Source: Malacoraja senta (lineage: Eukaryota). From it: a stretch of 64,000 nucleotides of DNA. Each line of letters opens with the position of its first letter. The stretch's first letter is position 1. This document shows, piece by piece, positions 38,665-52,948 of this stretch. The stretch covers positions 8,310,001 to 8,374,000 of the forward strand of contig CM075994.1 in the NCBI GenBank assembly GCA_038087875.1, in the 5' to 3' direction. The notes beneath the pieces are model-generated. The model saw nothing but the letters and a program-made list of their open reading frames with translations, did not search any database and had not been told where the DNA came from. The position numbers and the translations under genes were made by a program.

Positions 38665-41426
38665 CTAGACCAAGTGCAGACCCGTTGGGTCTGGACACCG
38701 AACGTGCGTTTGCGGGTGGGGGGGGGGGGGGGTGCTGTGGCGTCACAGTAACCACCCCCTTTGCTCCAAAGCACGGTTGCGGGGTGGGAATCTGGCACCC
38801 ACGAACACACACACTCATAACAACCCTTGATATTATCTTAATTTTTTAATTTGCTTCTTTTATCCCATCTCCACCCTATCCACTGACGAATAGCCCTCAC
38901 CTCTCAGGTGCGTCTAGAGGGGGGGGCAGAGAGTGAAAATTTAATGTTAGAATTAAAAAAATTGAAGAATGGGAGGAGGAGGGTGGAGAGGAAGGGGGGA
39001 GGAAGGGGTGCGAGGAAGGGGGATAGAGAGGTGGGTGTGGAGAGAGGAAGGAGAGGATGTTGGAGATAGGTGAAGGGGGGTGTTTTGAGCTGGTGTTCAT
39101 GAGTTAAGCTGCGGGCTGTGAAGAGAGAAGGGCAGAGAGAGAGAGAGAGAGAGGGGAGAGACAGAGAGACTGGTACACTCAAAAAAGGTGGTGAAATTCA
39201 GCGGGTGCAGCCGCGTCTATGGAGCGAAGGAAATAGGCAATGTTTGTGGCTGAAACCCATCTTCAGACGTGTTTTGTTATGAAACATTGCCTATTTCCTT
39301 CGATCCAAAGATGCTGCTGCACCCGCTGAGTTTATACTTCATTTTTTTGTTTACCTTGCGTTTGGGGGGGGGGGGGGGGCTGCAGTTGCAGCATCACACT
39401 CACACTAACCACCCCCCAAACACACAGGCGGGGGGAGTGGGGGAGAGGGAGACGGGGTTGGGGAGAGGAGGGGAGGGGGAGAGAAGGAGACGGGGTGGGG
39501 AGAGAAGAGGGGAGGGAGGGGAGGGAAGAGGGGGACGGAGGGGAGAAGGGAGGAGGAAAGGGGAGAGATTGGGGAAGGAGAGGAGATCAGGGTGGGTGAG
39601 AGGGAGGGTGAGGAGAGTTTGGAGTGGGAGGAGGGCGGGGAGGGCAGGAAGGGGGGAGAGGGGGGGAGGGGATGAGGGGGGGAGGGGATGAGGGGATGAG
39701 GGGAAGGGGAGAGGAGTAGGGGGAAGAGAGGGAGAGAGGGAGGGTGGAGGGAGAGAGGTGGGGAGGGAGAGGGGAAGAGTGGGGAGTGCAGACCAAGTGC
39801 AGACCCGTTGGGTCTGGACACCGAACGTGCGTTTGGGGCGGGGGGCTGTGACGTCACACTAACCACCCGTTGGGTCTGTACCTCCAAAGCAGGGTTGCGG
39901 GGTGTGAATCTGGCACCCACAAACACACACACTCATCACACCCCTTGATATTATATTAATATTTTAAAGACAGAGAGACTGTTGGCGGGCTGTTTTCCCA
40001 ACGCGCGTTTGCGGGAGGGGAGGGTGGGCTGCGGCATCACACTCACACTAACCACCCCCCAAACACAGGCAGGGGAGGGTGGAGAGGAAGACGTGGTGGG
40101 GAGAGAAGAGGGGAGAGGGAAATGGGGTGGGGAGAGAAGAGGAGAGGGGGAGGGAGGGGAGAGGGGAAGAGGAAAGGGGAGAGATTGGGGAGGGAGAGGA
40201 GATCAGGTGGGTGAGAGGGAGGGGGAGGAGAGTGGGGAGTGGGAGGAGAGCAGGGAGGGCAGGGAGGGGGGGAGGGGATGAGGGGAAGGGGAGAGGAGTA
40301 GGGGGAAGAGAGGGAGAGAGGGAGGGGGAGGGAGAGGGGTACAGTGGGGAGTGAGGGGCAGAGGGGTAACGGGGAGTGGTGCAAGAGAGAGGGGAAGGGG
40401 GTAGGGGGGAGATGGGGGTGAAGAGGGGTGGTGGAGGGGGTAGAGAGGGTGTGGGAGGGGAGGGAGGGTAGAGCAGAGAGGGGGAAGAGTGGGGAGGGAG
40501 AGTTGAAGTAGGAGGGGTAGGGACAGTCCATCTGTTTCCCATTCCCTATCACCCCCAATCCTCTTTCTCTATTGCCACACACGTGACGACGCCCTTCGAC
40601 ACAGGCTGTGGGGGTGGGGGGGAGGGGCTGGGGCTGGTGCTGCCAAGGCATATGTAAACGGATTCATTCTGATTGGACATCTTTGAGCATTGGGCATTGT
40701 GACATCACAAAACGGAACCTTCATTAACATTCTATTGCTGAGAGCTGTTTTTTTAAAACATTTTGAAATTTCCCCATTCCCTATCCCCCCCACACACGTG
40801 GCGACGCCCTTCGACACAGGCTTTGGGGTTGGGGGGGAGGGGCTTGGGCTGTGGGTGCTGCCAAGGCATATGTAAACGGATTCATTTCGATTTGTCACAC
40901 GTGTCGCAGGGCGTCGCCACGTGTGTGGGGGCGATAGGGAATGGGGACATTTCAAAATGTTAAACAAACAGCTCTCAGCAATAGAATGTTAATGAAGGTT
41001 CCGTTTTGTGATGTCACAATGCCCAATGCTGCGGGGGTTGGGGGGGAGGGGCCGGGCTTGGGTCGCCGCAAAGGCATATGTAAATGGATCCATTCCGATT
41101 GGACATCTGTGACCATTGTGCATTGTGACATCACACACGGAATCTTTAGTAACATTCTATGGCTGAGCTGTTTTTTAAAACATTTTGAAGTATTTGGTTT
41201 GGGGGGGGGGAGAGGTATTTTATTTAAAAAACGTGTACATAAACAGATCAGAATTTAATCAGGAGTGGGTTTATGTAAAGATAAACGTAACCTCTTTAGA
41301 AACGGTAAAAAATATCGGCCTTTCCGCGCGCCGCGTGGGCGTCGGGCCGTATCAAAGGCGGCGCGGCAAAGTCAAGCAGGCCGTCGGACGTACAGACGGA
41401 CGACACACACAGAGTTTTATATAATA

Positions 41427-41431
<5 letters not shown>
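38665..41431 (-). mobile_element. Non-autonomous Helitron-like element
   Basis: Minus strand starts TC(TATTATTATATAAAAC) and ends CAGACCC-AAC-GGGTCTG hairpin + CACTTGGT-CTAG; sits between A and T with no TSD. Confidence 0.8.

Positions 41432-41495
<64 letters not shown>
41428..41495. repeat. (TAGA)17 microsatellite at the Helitron 5' end
   Basis: Directly visible. Confidence 0.95.
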
Positions 41496-43765
41496 AGATA
41501 TATATATATATATAATTTATATTACTTTTATGCTTCTGTATATTTTTGTATTTTTCTTTTATGTATTATTTGAGTGTTTCTTATTGACATTTCTCTTTTC
41601 TTATTTTGTGTTGATTTATTTAAAATGAAGACATAAACATTTAAAACAATATTAAATTTGAATGGAAGGGAAACCGACTTCCACCAGGTGGCGCTGCGAT
41701 GGCAGCCTCGCCTACAGTCTGTCTGTCCTTTTCACCTTTTTTTGTTATATTTAGTGTGTTTTAAAAGTTTGTGTTAGTGTTCTCTGGTTTGTTTTATGTG
41801 GGGGCTGGGTGGGGGAAACTTTTTTTCAGTCTCTTACCTTGCCGGAGATGCGATTGTTTTCCGGATCGTATCTCCGGTCGCTCTGCGACCTAACATCATG
41901 GAGCTGGAGGCCTTGCTCGGGACTGACTTTGAGCCCCACCGCGGGGCGTGGACTTACCATCGGAGCCGATTCCTTGCCTGGGATGGACGCTCCAACCGCG
42001 GCCTGTGGACTTTAACATCAAGGAGCTCGCTGTCTCGGGAAGAGCCAGACGTCGGGAAGCTCCAAAAGGCGCACGACGTTCGACTAGTCCCAACCCGTTG
42101 TCAGATCGCCCGGCGTGGAGGAGCTGAGATTCCCCCGATGCAGGAGCTTGATCGCCCCGACGAGGAGGCCCGCCGCCGGCTACGGGAGTAAGATCGCCCC
42201 GTCAACGGAAGGCTCGATGCCCCCGACCGCTGGAGGACAAAGAAGGGAAGAGATTGAACTTTTTTCACCTTCCATCACAGTGAGGAATGTGGAGGAGTCA
42301 CTGTGGTGGATGTTCATGGTAAAATGTATTTAGTGTGTTCTGTTGCTTTTTATTAGTATGACTGTATGGCAAATCAAATTCCTCCTATGTTGCAAAACAT
42401 TCTTGGCTAATAAAGTATGATTATGTTTATGAAAAACACCTGCAGATTTGAAGCAAAACACAATAAATGGTTTTATTGAAAGCTTGTAAATGCAGCTCAT
42501 GAAAGCAGAAAAAGCATTTAAAACAGGTTATTCTGGAAGTACAGGATATAAAGCAAGTACAGATCATAAATTATGTGATAGGAGCAGAATTAGGCCATTC
42601 GGCCCATCAGGTCTACTCCGCCATTCAATCATGGCTGATCTATCTCTCCCTCCTAACCCCATTCTCCTGCCTTCTCCCCTGACACCCATACTAATCAAGA
42701 ATCTATCTATCTCTGCCTTAAATATATCCACTGATGGCCTCCACGGCCGTCTGTGGCAATGAATTTCACATTCACCACCCTCTGGCTATAGAAATTCCTC
42801 CACATCTCCTTCCTAAGACAACGTCCTAGTGGAAACATCCTCTCCACATCCACTGCATCCAGGCCTTTCACTATTCTGTACACTTCAAAAAGGTCTGCCC
42901 CTCATCCTTCTAAACTCCACGAGTACAGGCCCAGAGCCGACAAACGCTCACCATAGGTTAAACTACTCATATGTTAATCTACAGGTCATATTTCAGTAGA
43001 GAACTCTGGAAGTGAGTTTTTAAACATTGAAAATTACTATCCTTAGAATAAAACAAAACATAATTTTTGTCTGCCAATTTCACTGAGTACACAACACTGC
43101 ACTATTTATTAACAACACTGTTAAGACACTGGAGAAAAGAAATAGGTGACGTTTCGGGTCGAGACCCTTTTTCAGACTTCCCAAAACATCACCTATTCCT
43201 TCTCTCCAGAGATGCTGCCTGACCCGCTGAGTTACTCCAGCATTTTTGTGTCTGTCTTCGGTTTAAAACCAGCATCTGCAGTTCCTACCTGCACTGTTCA
43301 GACACTTCTGTGATAGTGGTGATATCATTGGAAATAAAATCATCGTGGAGTCAGGAGACTGATAAAATATTCTGACACAAAATCCAATCACACTGGGGAG
43401 TAGGGGGAGTGGGAGGGGAATGGGGTGAGGGAGAGGGAGGGGGAGAGAGAGGGAGGTGGGAGGGAGTGGGAGGGGAGAGAGGTTGGAGGGGGAGTGGGAA
43501 GCGGAATTCTGAGCGAAGGAGGAGAGGAGTTTGTGAGGGGGAGGGGAAGTGGGAGAAGGGGAGGGAGTGGGAGGGGGGAGAGTGGGAGGGAGGGGGAGAG
43601 AGTGGGAGTGGTGGGAAAGGGGGAGAGAGGGGAGGGCGGGGGAGAGAGTGTGGGTGTGGGAGGCGCAAAGAGTAGGTTTAACTGGGGGGTGGGGGTTAAA
43701 CCGGCATCTACAGTTGCTCGTCTCTCCTCTCCACAGTTCCCACGGCGCCAGCACACGCCAGGGTC

Positions 43766-44338
43766 TCATATCTCTGCTGTAAGGAACATCCAGGCCAAGA
43801 AAGCGAAGACGACGATGCACAGAATCACTGGGCAATATCCACGTATCGAAACATCTTCCAAGCGGTCACCTCCCTGGTGCCTGACCAGAGGAGTTCGAGC
43901 AGCATATGATTGTTGTACTAGATTCCCAGTTCCTGGCCGGGATGTGCGCGCTTGCAAGGTCCTCTCGATGCTCTCCCATTCCTCCAAGGCTTTGAGATGT
44001 TCTGGGTCCGACCTGCCGTTCATCTCCGCCCACCGGTAGTTATTAGCCCTCCGTTCTACCACCTTGCTGGCCAGCTCTGCCAACTTCTCCACGTCGGCTG
44101 GGCTGAAGTAGTCCCCAAGGACAAATACACGCACTCGTTGCAAAGTCCAGATGTAGCCCGCTCCGTCCCACCAAACGGAGTGCATATTGAACCTGTCTCC
44201 ACTGCGCTCGGCTCGCTCGGACTCTCTCTTCCACCGCTCGGAGATGCTGGGGTTATGGCCGAGCCGGTCCAAACGCGAGAAAAATACCTTAAAGAAGCCC
44301 CCTTCGTCCCTGTAACGAGCGTTGGCATCCCTGACCAT
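43766..44338 (-). CDS. Unknown 190-aa protein with C-terminal transmembrane anchor (paralogue A)
   Basis: Kozak ACCATGG, intact frame, in-frame indels versus the paralogue, hydrophobic tail VILCIVVFAFLAWMFL, no TE motifs. Confidence 0.75.
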   Translation of the reverse strand: MVRDANARYRDEGGFFKVFFSRLDRLGHNPSISERWKRESERAERSGDRFNMHSVWWDGAGYIWTLQRVRVFVLGDYFSPADVEKLAELASKVVERRANNYRWAEMNGRSDPEHLKALEEWESIERTLQARTSRPGTGNLVQQSYAARTPLVRHQGGDRLEDVSIRGYCPVILCIVVFAFLAWMFLTAEI

Positions 44339-44391
44339 GGTCTTCTTGGACTGAATGGAGATCTTGGACGCTGGACTCAGGATTCGGTATC

Positions 44392-44528
<137 letters not shown>

Positions 44529-45184
44529 CCTGTTATGTAAACTTGCATCCTTCCGCATTTCTGTTTCACGCACTCCCCACCCCACACAAATTGACGTCTT
44601 TCCGACAACAGAACAACGCAGGAACGGGCCCTTCGGCCCACAATCGGCCAAACCTACCAAATACTTCATGTATATGAAGGAACTGCAGATGCTGGTTTAC
44701 ACCAAACATAGACACAAAATGCTGGAGTAACTCCGCGGGACGGGCAGCATCTCTGGAGAGTAGGAACAGGTGACATTTCGGATCGAGATTCTTCTTACTG
44801 TCTCCGAATACATATTATCTGTTTGCTTTGTTGTCACCTTCTCCCCGCTAACAATGATCTATTCTACATTCTCCTGGATCGCCATCCCCTTTGTCCTGTT
44901 TTCACATCCTACACTTGCTTATCTTAGTATCTCCCTCACCCCTGACGTCAGTCTGAAGAAAGGTCTCACATAACTTGTGAACTTGTGAACTTTCTCAGGT
45001 GCAGCTGAGGCGCTGGTCGTATGGACCTTACCCCATTCCCTCTTGCAGAGAGGATTGTGAGGCTTCCTACTGTCACAGCAGCCTAGAGTTCACACTCTAC
45101 AAGGACAACCAGTGGCCCTGGATCCTGGGCCTCCTCTAATCCTCTCATCCCCGTCCCTTCATCCCTGCCCTATGAGTCACCCAT

Positions 45185-45690
45185 CCCTGCCTGATCTCCC
45201 GGTTGCCAAACACTTTAATCCCCCTCGCATTCCCACACTGACCTTTCTGTCCAGGGCCTCCTCCACTGTCAGAGTGAGGCCAAACGCAAATTGGAGGAAC
45301 AGCATCTCATATTTTGCTTGTGCAGTTTACACCCCAGCAGTATGAACATTGACTTCTCTAACTTCAAGTAACCCTTGCTTTCCCTTTCTCTCCATCCCCT
45401 CCCCCACCCATCGATGTTCCAGGTTCAAAGTCGTCTTGTTGAGTCTCATTGTCTGTAACTCGTTTTCACCTAGCCCACAGCTAACAATGGCCTGTTTCCC
45501 TTATCATCGTTACTTTTCTGCATCTTTCATTCATTTGTTCTCCATCTCTCTACATCACCGTCTATATCTCTCGTTTCCCCCTCCCCTGACTCTCAGTCTG
45601 AAGAAGGGTCTCGACCCAAAACGTCACCTATTCCTTCTCTCCAGCGATGCTGCCTGTCCCACTGAGTTACTTCAGCATTATGTGTCTATC
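45185..45690 (+). mobile_element. Penelope-like 3' end and terminal repeat
   Basis: PDLPVAKHFN remnant, then terminal repeat with a mutated hammerhead (GAAA changed to AAAA). Confidence 0.75.
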
Positions 45691-46252
45691 CCTGGATACT
45701 GTGCGTGCCTCAATGTTGTTGAAACAGGCAGTCGGGAAGAGTTTTGTTGGCAAGAGCTAAGAGTGTGGGGACGATTTAAATCTTGATAGCTTGTTTGGGA
45801 CACATGACAATAAAACACTCTTGATTCTTGACTTCGGTGGGGCCGAAGGGCCTGTTTCCACACTGTATCTCTAAACTGAACTAGACTACTGTCTGACCCG
45901 CCGAGTTACACCAGCACTTTGCAGTATTTTTGCAACTTGTAGTATAGCTCGATAAAGGCAGAGTCCTATGAATACGATTAGTTTGGTTTCTTGTTGTTTA
46001 GTTTAGTTTGGGTTAGTGATGCAGGAAACATGTTCCCCATGTTGGAGGAGTCCAGAACCAGGGGTCACAGTTTAAGAATAAGGGGTAGGCCATTTAGGAC
46101 TGAGATGAAGAAAAACCTTTTCACCCAGAGAGTTGTGAATCTATCAAGGGATGTGGAGAGAAAGCAGGAATGGTGTACTGATTTTAGATGATCCGCTATG
46201 ATCATATAGAATGGCAGAGCTGGCTCGAAGAGCCGAATGGCCTACTCCTACA

Positions 46253-46653
46253 CCTATTTCCTATGTTACTAGTGTAGTTTAGTGTAGTGTAGTTTAGTTT
46301 TGTATAGTTTGGTTTAGTTTAGATTAGTTTAGTTTAGTTTAGTGGTACAGCATGGAACCAAGTCCATGCTGACCATCGATCACCCATTCACACTGGGTCT
46401 ATATATTATCCCACTGTTTCATCCACTGTCATTTTATAAACCATTATCTGGTCATTACCTGGTTTACAAGAAAAAGACACAAAGTGCTGGAGTAACTCAG
46501 GGGGTGAGTCTGGTATCCATATCCATGTTCTCCTGTGATTTGCCTGAGTTACTCCAGCACTTTGTGTCTTTTCTCGCGCGAGTTCTATGTTATCCCACGT
46601 TCTCATCCACTCCCTACACGTTAGGGGGCAATTTACAGAGGGGCCGATTAACC
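46253..46653. repeat. Arm B of the inverted duplication (partner 57430-57829)
   Basis: Same SINE with the same internal insertion and the same (GTTTA)n flank in reverse complement. Confidence 0.9.
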
Positions 46654-47154
46654 AGTCTGAAGGAGGGTCTTCTCACCAGAGTCGCTGCCTGTCCCGCTGA
46701 GTTACTCCAGCTTTATGTCTAACTTCAATTTCAAGAGTTAAATAAAAAACACAGAATGCTGGAGGAACTCAGCGGGCTAGGCGGCATCTGTGGAGGGAAT
46801 GGATTAGGAGTTGTTTCCGGTCAGGGTTCATAGGAAGGAACCAGGGCCGGATTTACGTATAAGCCAGACCAGCTTAAGCTTAGGGCCTCGAGATCTAGGG
46901 GGGCCTCTGACCGCTCCACCAAGGTGTATAAAACTTTAGACATATTCGTATTTTCTGAGCCTTGTCTTTTCAACAGTCAGGAGTGTTGGAGTCGGTGCGA
47001 GGCTGCAAGTTTAACAATGTCAGAACCGGCTCCGACTGTGCCTGCTTCAGGGGTGAAGAGATAAGGCTCCGGGCGGGGTAAAGGGTGGGTGGGAAGGAGC
47101 AGCCACCCGCTACTATAGGCGGAATGGTCCTTTCTATAGTTAACCCTGCTCACA

Positions 47155-48201
47155 GTAGGTATGTTACAATACTTACCTTCAGCGGCGCTGCAATTCTGCC
47201 ACTGGCCGTGTGCGCGATTTTGGCGCCTTTGAGGGGGGGAGGCGGGGTTAAAACGCGGGTTTCTCCTACCTTGTCCTGTATTATATTTCGTTGGAGTGCC
47301 AGCGTTTGCTGAAAAATCGTCCCTACGGGCGTTTTGTGTATATTTTATTTTTATTCGATCGACAATGTTAGCGCTGGAGTTATTTTAAAATCAGCTTCGA
47401 AAGCCGTCAACGCCGACATCGGGGACGGATTTCACACACGGGACAGGTAAACGAAAGCAGTTTATCTTTTTGTATAAAAGTGCTTCTTAAGAAGCCTTTA
47501 ATTCATATTGTTTAATGCGAAACGGTGATTCTTTTCTCCGAACTAACGGCAGAATTTTTCATGCCGATACGGTGTTAAATTCACCGCAAATCAACGTTCC
47601 AAATGATCGCGTTCCAGAAAACCTCACTCGCAAGATGATTTAAATGCCCATTAATTTACAGGTATTAAACATTCAATTCCTTCCATTTGGCCTGTAAATC
47701 CATGACAATGAGATTTCAAAATTATGTTATATTTTGAATTCTTGTGTGAATGTTATTTGGACACTTAGGCTATTTTAAAATGTTAATCTATTCTTAAGAA
47801 ATTGATAGATGTTTAGATCTAGTAATTGAATTTTGTAATTAGCTACAATTAGGTAACTAACTAATTATATGCTTTAATTTCATCACATCTAAGTAAGATT
47901 GATTCATATTTGTTTCAGAATGCTTCAATCTATAATAACTGAAAATTTCTTTCAGTTCTCTTAATTTTTAAGAAAGTTATGGGCTTTTGACTGTCCTCGA
48001 TCACAGCTTTTGTGTTAAGTCAATGGAAAAGTAATAGGGAACAAGATGCTAATTTCCGAGTATGAAAATAGCCATAACTTTTTTAATACTGAAGATATGA
48101 AAGTGAATTAGGTGTCAAATTAAACTTCTTTTTATGCGTTATCTGATGGGATAAATTGCAGACTTTATTTTTTAAATCTAAACATTTTGTAACATTGCTA
48201 C
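47155..48201. mobile_element. ~1.05-kb non-autonomous DNA transposon, copy 2
   Basis: Same ends as 6586-7640; 5-bp TSD TCACA. Confidence 0.9.
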
Positions 48202-48209
48202 TCACAGTC

Positions 48210-48720
48210 TCTGATGGAGCTGGTTTCCCGCCCACCGGGACCTCCCGCTGACCCTGGCCACTCCACCGCCCTCCAGCAGCCCACAGCCGTCGCCTTACCT
48301 GCAGCCTGGACTCAGAACCTGGCCTGGAGTTCCCACGCTGCAGAATCCAACTCCCCTGAGCTTGACTGCGCTGGGACCTACTGCTAGTCACCGTACTCTG
48401 GTAACCTCAGTGGCTGTTCCACTGGGCCTTCCCCATTCCCCCAAACCATGTGACCCCAGCTCTTCCCCACCCACACTACAGTCCTCACACACCACCCCCC
48501 TACCCCCTGACCACCAACCACCCCCCCACCAGACATCGCCTCGGCCCCAGTCCACTCACCTGCCTTCCTCTGGCCCCAACCCCCATCCCTGCCATGTGTT
48601 CACCATCCTCCGTGACCTCCCCCTCTCAGATACCGAACGGTCTGTCCACAACAGAGGCCTCACCTTTGTCCCCCTCCGTCCCCACCTCAATTAGTTCCGC
48701 GCCCGCCGCGATTCGGAGCT
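48210..48720 (+). mobile_element. Penelope-like ORF N-terminal fragment
   Basis: VFTILRDLPLSDTERSVHNRGLTFVP matches the PLE N-terminal LS..E..VL.KGL.F.P motif. Confidence 0.65.
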
Positions 48721-49214
48721 CTGCTTCCAAGGGCAGTCTTATGACAATGCTGCCAACATGGCTGGTAGGTACAAGGGTATGCAGCAAAAAATCCTCGAAA
48801 AAAATCAAATTTGCACGATTTATTCCATGCGCTGCTCACTCATTAAATTTGGTGGGCCGTTCGGCTGTTGATTGTTGCCTTGATGCAGTGAACTGTTTTG
48901 GAATGATCAATGACATTTATACCTTCTTTTCATCCTCCACAAAGAGATGGGCAGTTCTACAATAATTTTTGCAACCTCAGTCGAAAGTGCCTAAATATTT
49001 GTCAGACACTAGGTGGGAGGCACATGCAAAAGCCACAGAAGCTATTTTGGAAAGTTACAGCGCTATCACTGATGCCCTCAGTCATTTGTACTCTGATGTT
49101 AATGTGAAGGGTGATACCAGGCTTCAAGTTTACAATATAACCATATAACTATATAACCATATAACCATTACAGCACGGAAAGAGGCCATCTTGGCCCTTC
49201 AAGTCCGTGCCGAA

Positions 49215-52200
49215 TCTAATTACCAAAATGTTATAATAGGAGGAGACTTTAACTGTGTTTTAGATCCGTATTTAGATAAATCTAGCCAAAAACAGAGAGG
49301 TAATACGAAATCTAAAACTAGTGAACACTTAAATACTTACATAAATAATACCAATATAACAGATGTTTGGAGAATTGCTAATCCGACTGGCAAGGAATAC
49401 TCGTTTTATTCAATGGTACACAAAACATACTCACGTATAGATTATTTCCTGGTGGATACAAAATGAATCCCTTACACTGTGAACCCAATATACCATACCA
49501 ACTCGATCTCAGATCATTCACCGCTAATTTTCTTTTTAAAACTGGAAGGAATGTCTAAGAACAAATCGTTTTGGAGGTTCAACCCTCAAATCCTAAAAGA
49601 CCCGCAAGGGAGTACATATCTAAAAAAACAAATGGACGTCTTTTTTGAAATAAATGACACTCCAGATATATCGCCTACTTTACTATGGGAATCTTTTAAA
49701 GCATTTATTAGAGGTGTTATAATCTCATACCAAGCTTTTCAAAATAAAAAGAATAATAATGAACAGTTAGAAGAACAAATTAGGCAACTGGATATAGATA
49801 ATGCTAAAGATCCATCTATGGATAAACATAATAAAATAATAATTCTGAAATTTAAATTAAATAAATTATTATCAGCCAAACTTATAAGACTTTTCCAAAT
49901 TACAAGACAGGAACACTATAATTTGAGGATAAACCACACAAACTTTTCGCTCGTCAGCTAAAAAAACGAGAAAAAGAACATACGATTCAAAAGATTAAAT
50001 CAGATAGAGGGGAATCACTAACTTTACCGAATGATATTAATAAAAGGTTTGCGCAATTTTATGAGAATTTGTACGCATCCAAAACGACAATGGACACCAA
50101 TAAAATTATAGAGTTCTTGGATAACTGTAATCTTCCAAAGTTAGAGTTGAAGGAACCAGAGGAATTGGGTGCACAAATCTCAATTAAGGAATTAGATGAT
50201 ACAATAAATTCATTAAAGAACGGAAAAACTCCAGGTCCTGACGGATTTAATAATGCATTTTATAAAAGTTTTCATGACAAAATTATACCACGTTTACAAA
50301 AAATGTATAAATATGCCTTTAAAGAACAAATATTACCTGATACACTAGCTGAATCAACGATCACATTAATACTCAAAAAAGACAAAGATATAGAAGAACC
50401 GGGTTAATATAGAGCTATAGCATTGTTAAATACAGATAAAAAAATATTAGCGAAAACATTAGCTAGAAGATTAAGTAAATATATTAGTAAATTAATAAAC
50501 CCAGATCAAACTGGGTTTATCCCTAAGAGACATTCATCTAATAATATGAGACGGCTACTCAATATAATGCACTCACACAAAACTGAAGAACAAGAATTAT
50601 CAATTATTTCGTTGGACGCTGAAAAAGCATTTGATCAAGTAGAATGGAATTATATGGAGAAAGTATTACAAAAATTCCAATTGGGAGACAATTTCATTCT
50701 ATGGATTAAATTATTATATAATAAGCCTACAGCTAGAATATTAACTAATAACATATTATCTTCGAAATTCCAATTATCAAGGGGTAAGGCAAGAATGCTC
50801 ATTATCACCGCTGTTATTTGCTCTTATAATTGAACCTTTAGCAGAAAAAATGAGAATACATCCAGATATCCATGGCTACAACACTAAATATTCAAATAAT
50901 ATAATATCTTTATATGCGGATGATATATTATTGTACATCACAAAACCTCAAATTACTATACCAAACATATTAAATCTAATTGAAGATTTTGTATCCTTTT
51001 CTGGATACAGAATAAATTGGAATAAAAGTGAAATTATGTCAATAAAACCGAAAGACTCAACACATCTCTTAAAATTTCCTTTTAAAATAGCTACAGAAAA
51101 ATTTAAATACTTGGGTATTGAAATTACCAGAACATATCAAGGCATGTTCAAAGCAAATTATAATCCTCTACTTAATAAATTAAATACATTAATTAAATTC
51201 TGGAAAACGCTACCGATGTCTTTAATAGGCAGAATAAATGCAATAAAAATGATCTTTTTACCACAAATTCTATACCTATTTCAATCAATTCCTATATATT
51301 TACCCAAAAAGTTAAAAAAAAATTGGATTCAGACATTACTAATTTTATATGGGATTATAAATCCCATAGAATACAAAGAACACATTTGAACAAGCCTAAA
51401 GTATTAGGGGGCTTAGCACTCCCTAACTTTATGCACTATTATTGGTCAGTAAATATTAAAAATATGATTCAACTGATGGACAACTCTGCCCAGCAGATGG
51501 ACTGGATTATAATGGAGAGAGAAGACTGCTCCTCTTGTAATATTGGAGTGATCCTCTCACCAATGAAACTGAATAATATGAATTATAACAAAAACCCAGT
51601 TATACATAGTACAATTAGAACTTAACTTAACTTAAAATTAAGAAATCTATCGCTTTTATCCCCAATAGTTAATAACCCTTCGTTTAAACCCTCCATTATA
51701 GACAAATCATTTATACAATGGGAAAGATTAGGAATTAAAACGCTCGGTCTTGTATGAAACTGGAAAATTACTATCATTCCAACAATTACAAATAAAATAT
51801 AATCTGGGAAACAATCAATACTTTAAATATTTTCAAATATGTGATTATCTGAAAAAATATACAAAAGATTATTATAACATGCCACCAGATGTACTGGACG
51901 AAGCAATGCAGATAAAAGCTGAATCAGCAAACTTAATATCTTATTTGTATAATATTATCTTAAATGGAGAAATACCATCTACGGAAGGTATTAGAAGAGA
52001 CTGGGAACAAGAATTAGCTATTAAAATTTCAAAGGAGAGGTGGAATGAACATTTATTAAATGTGTATAAATGCTCGATTAATGTAAGACACACTTTAATA
52101 CAATTAAAACTTTTACGCAGATTATATTATTCAAAAACCAAAATTAGTAAAATTTTCCCCAATGTATCACCTATTTGCGATAAATGTCAGTCTCAAGAAG

Positions 52201-52948
52201 ATACTATAGCGCACTCATTTGTTTTTTGTACAGAAATTCAAAAATTTTGGTTTGAAATTTTTGAAATCTTTACAAAATTATTTAAAATAAAACTGACACC
52301 AAAAGCAGAATGGATTATCTTCGGAACAACGGAAGATAGACCTGATCTAAATGTGTTTCAAAAGAACCTATTTGATTACGGGTTAATAACTGGAAAAAAG
52401 CTTATCCTAAAATTTTGGAAAAATGCTCCAATACCAACTATAACATGTGGATTTCAAACATGTTTGAAACATTACACCTGGAAGAGATAAGACTCCTCTT
52501 GGCAGGCAAATCAGATCACTTCCATCTGACGTGGTCTTCATTTATAGAACTATTACAAGCATAAGGTGCAAAAGTACTTTAAAAAGGTACCGATGTCAGG
52601 ACTTGGTAAAGGGGGATGAAAGGTGGCGAGTTGGTATATCCCATTGGCGTGATGCTCATAATAGAGTACTTGTATTTCGCTCTTCTCTTCTTTCTCTTTT
52701 TTTTTCTTCTTTAGGGTCTATCTCTTAATCCTTTCTCTAATTTCTCTTCTACAGGGTCTCTGTTCTTTCCTGTTGACACGTTTTTACACTTTCACTATTT
52801 TCCTTCACTTGCTCTTTCTTCTTAAGTTCAACCTTTTCTTTTTATTAGCTTTAAAAAATGGAGGAGTACATTAATTGTAATAAGATATACGTGATGAGTA
52901 CTAATGTAATTGTTTGTAATTTAATGTACTTCTAATAAATAAAATAAA
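49215..52948 (+). mobile_element. 5'-truncated L1-clade LINE (ORF2 pseudogene)
   Basis: IIGGDFN, YSRIDY, SDHSP, PGPDGF, SLDAEKAFD, LYADD and CCHC knuckle CDKC...HSFVFC; A-rich tail. Confidence 0.95.

Noticed and set aside
36994..40651. Long Pro/Ser/Leu- or Gly/Glu/Arg-rich ORFs
   Set aside because: Translations of G/A low-complexity tracts; one spans the N gap.
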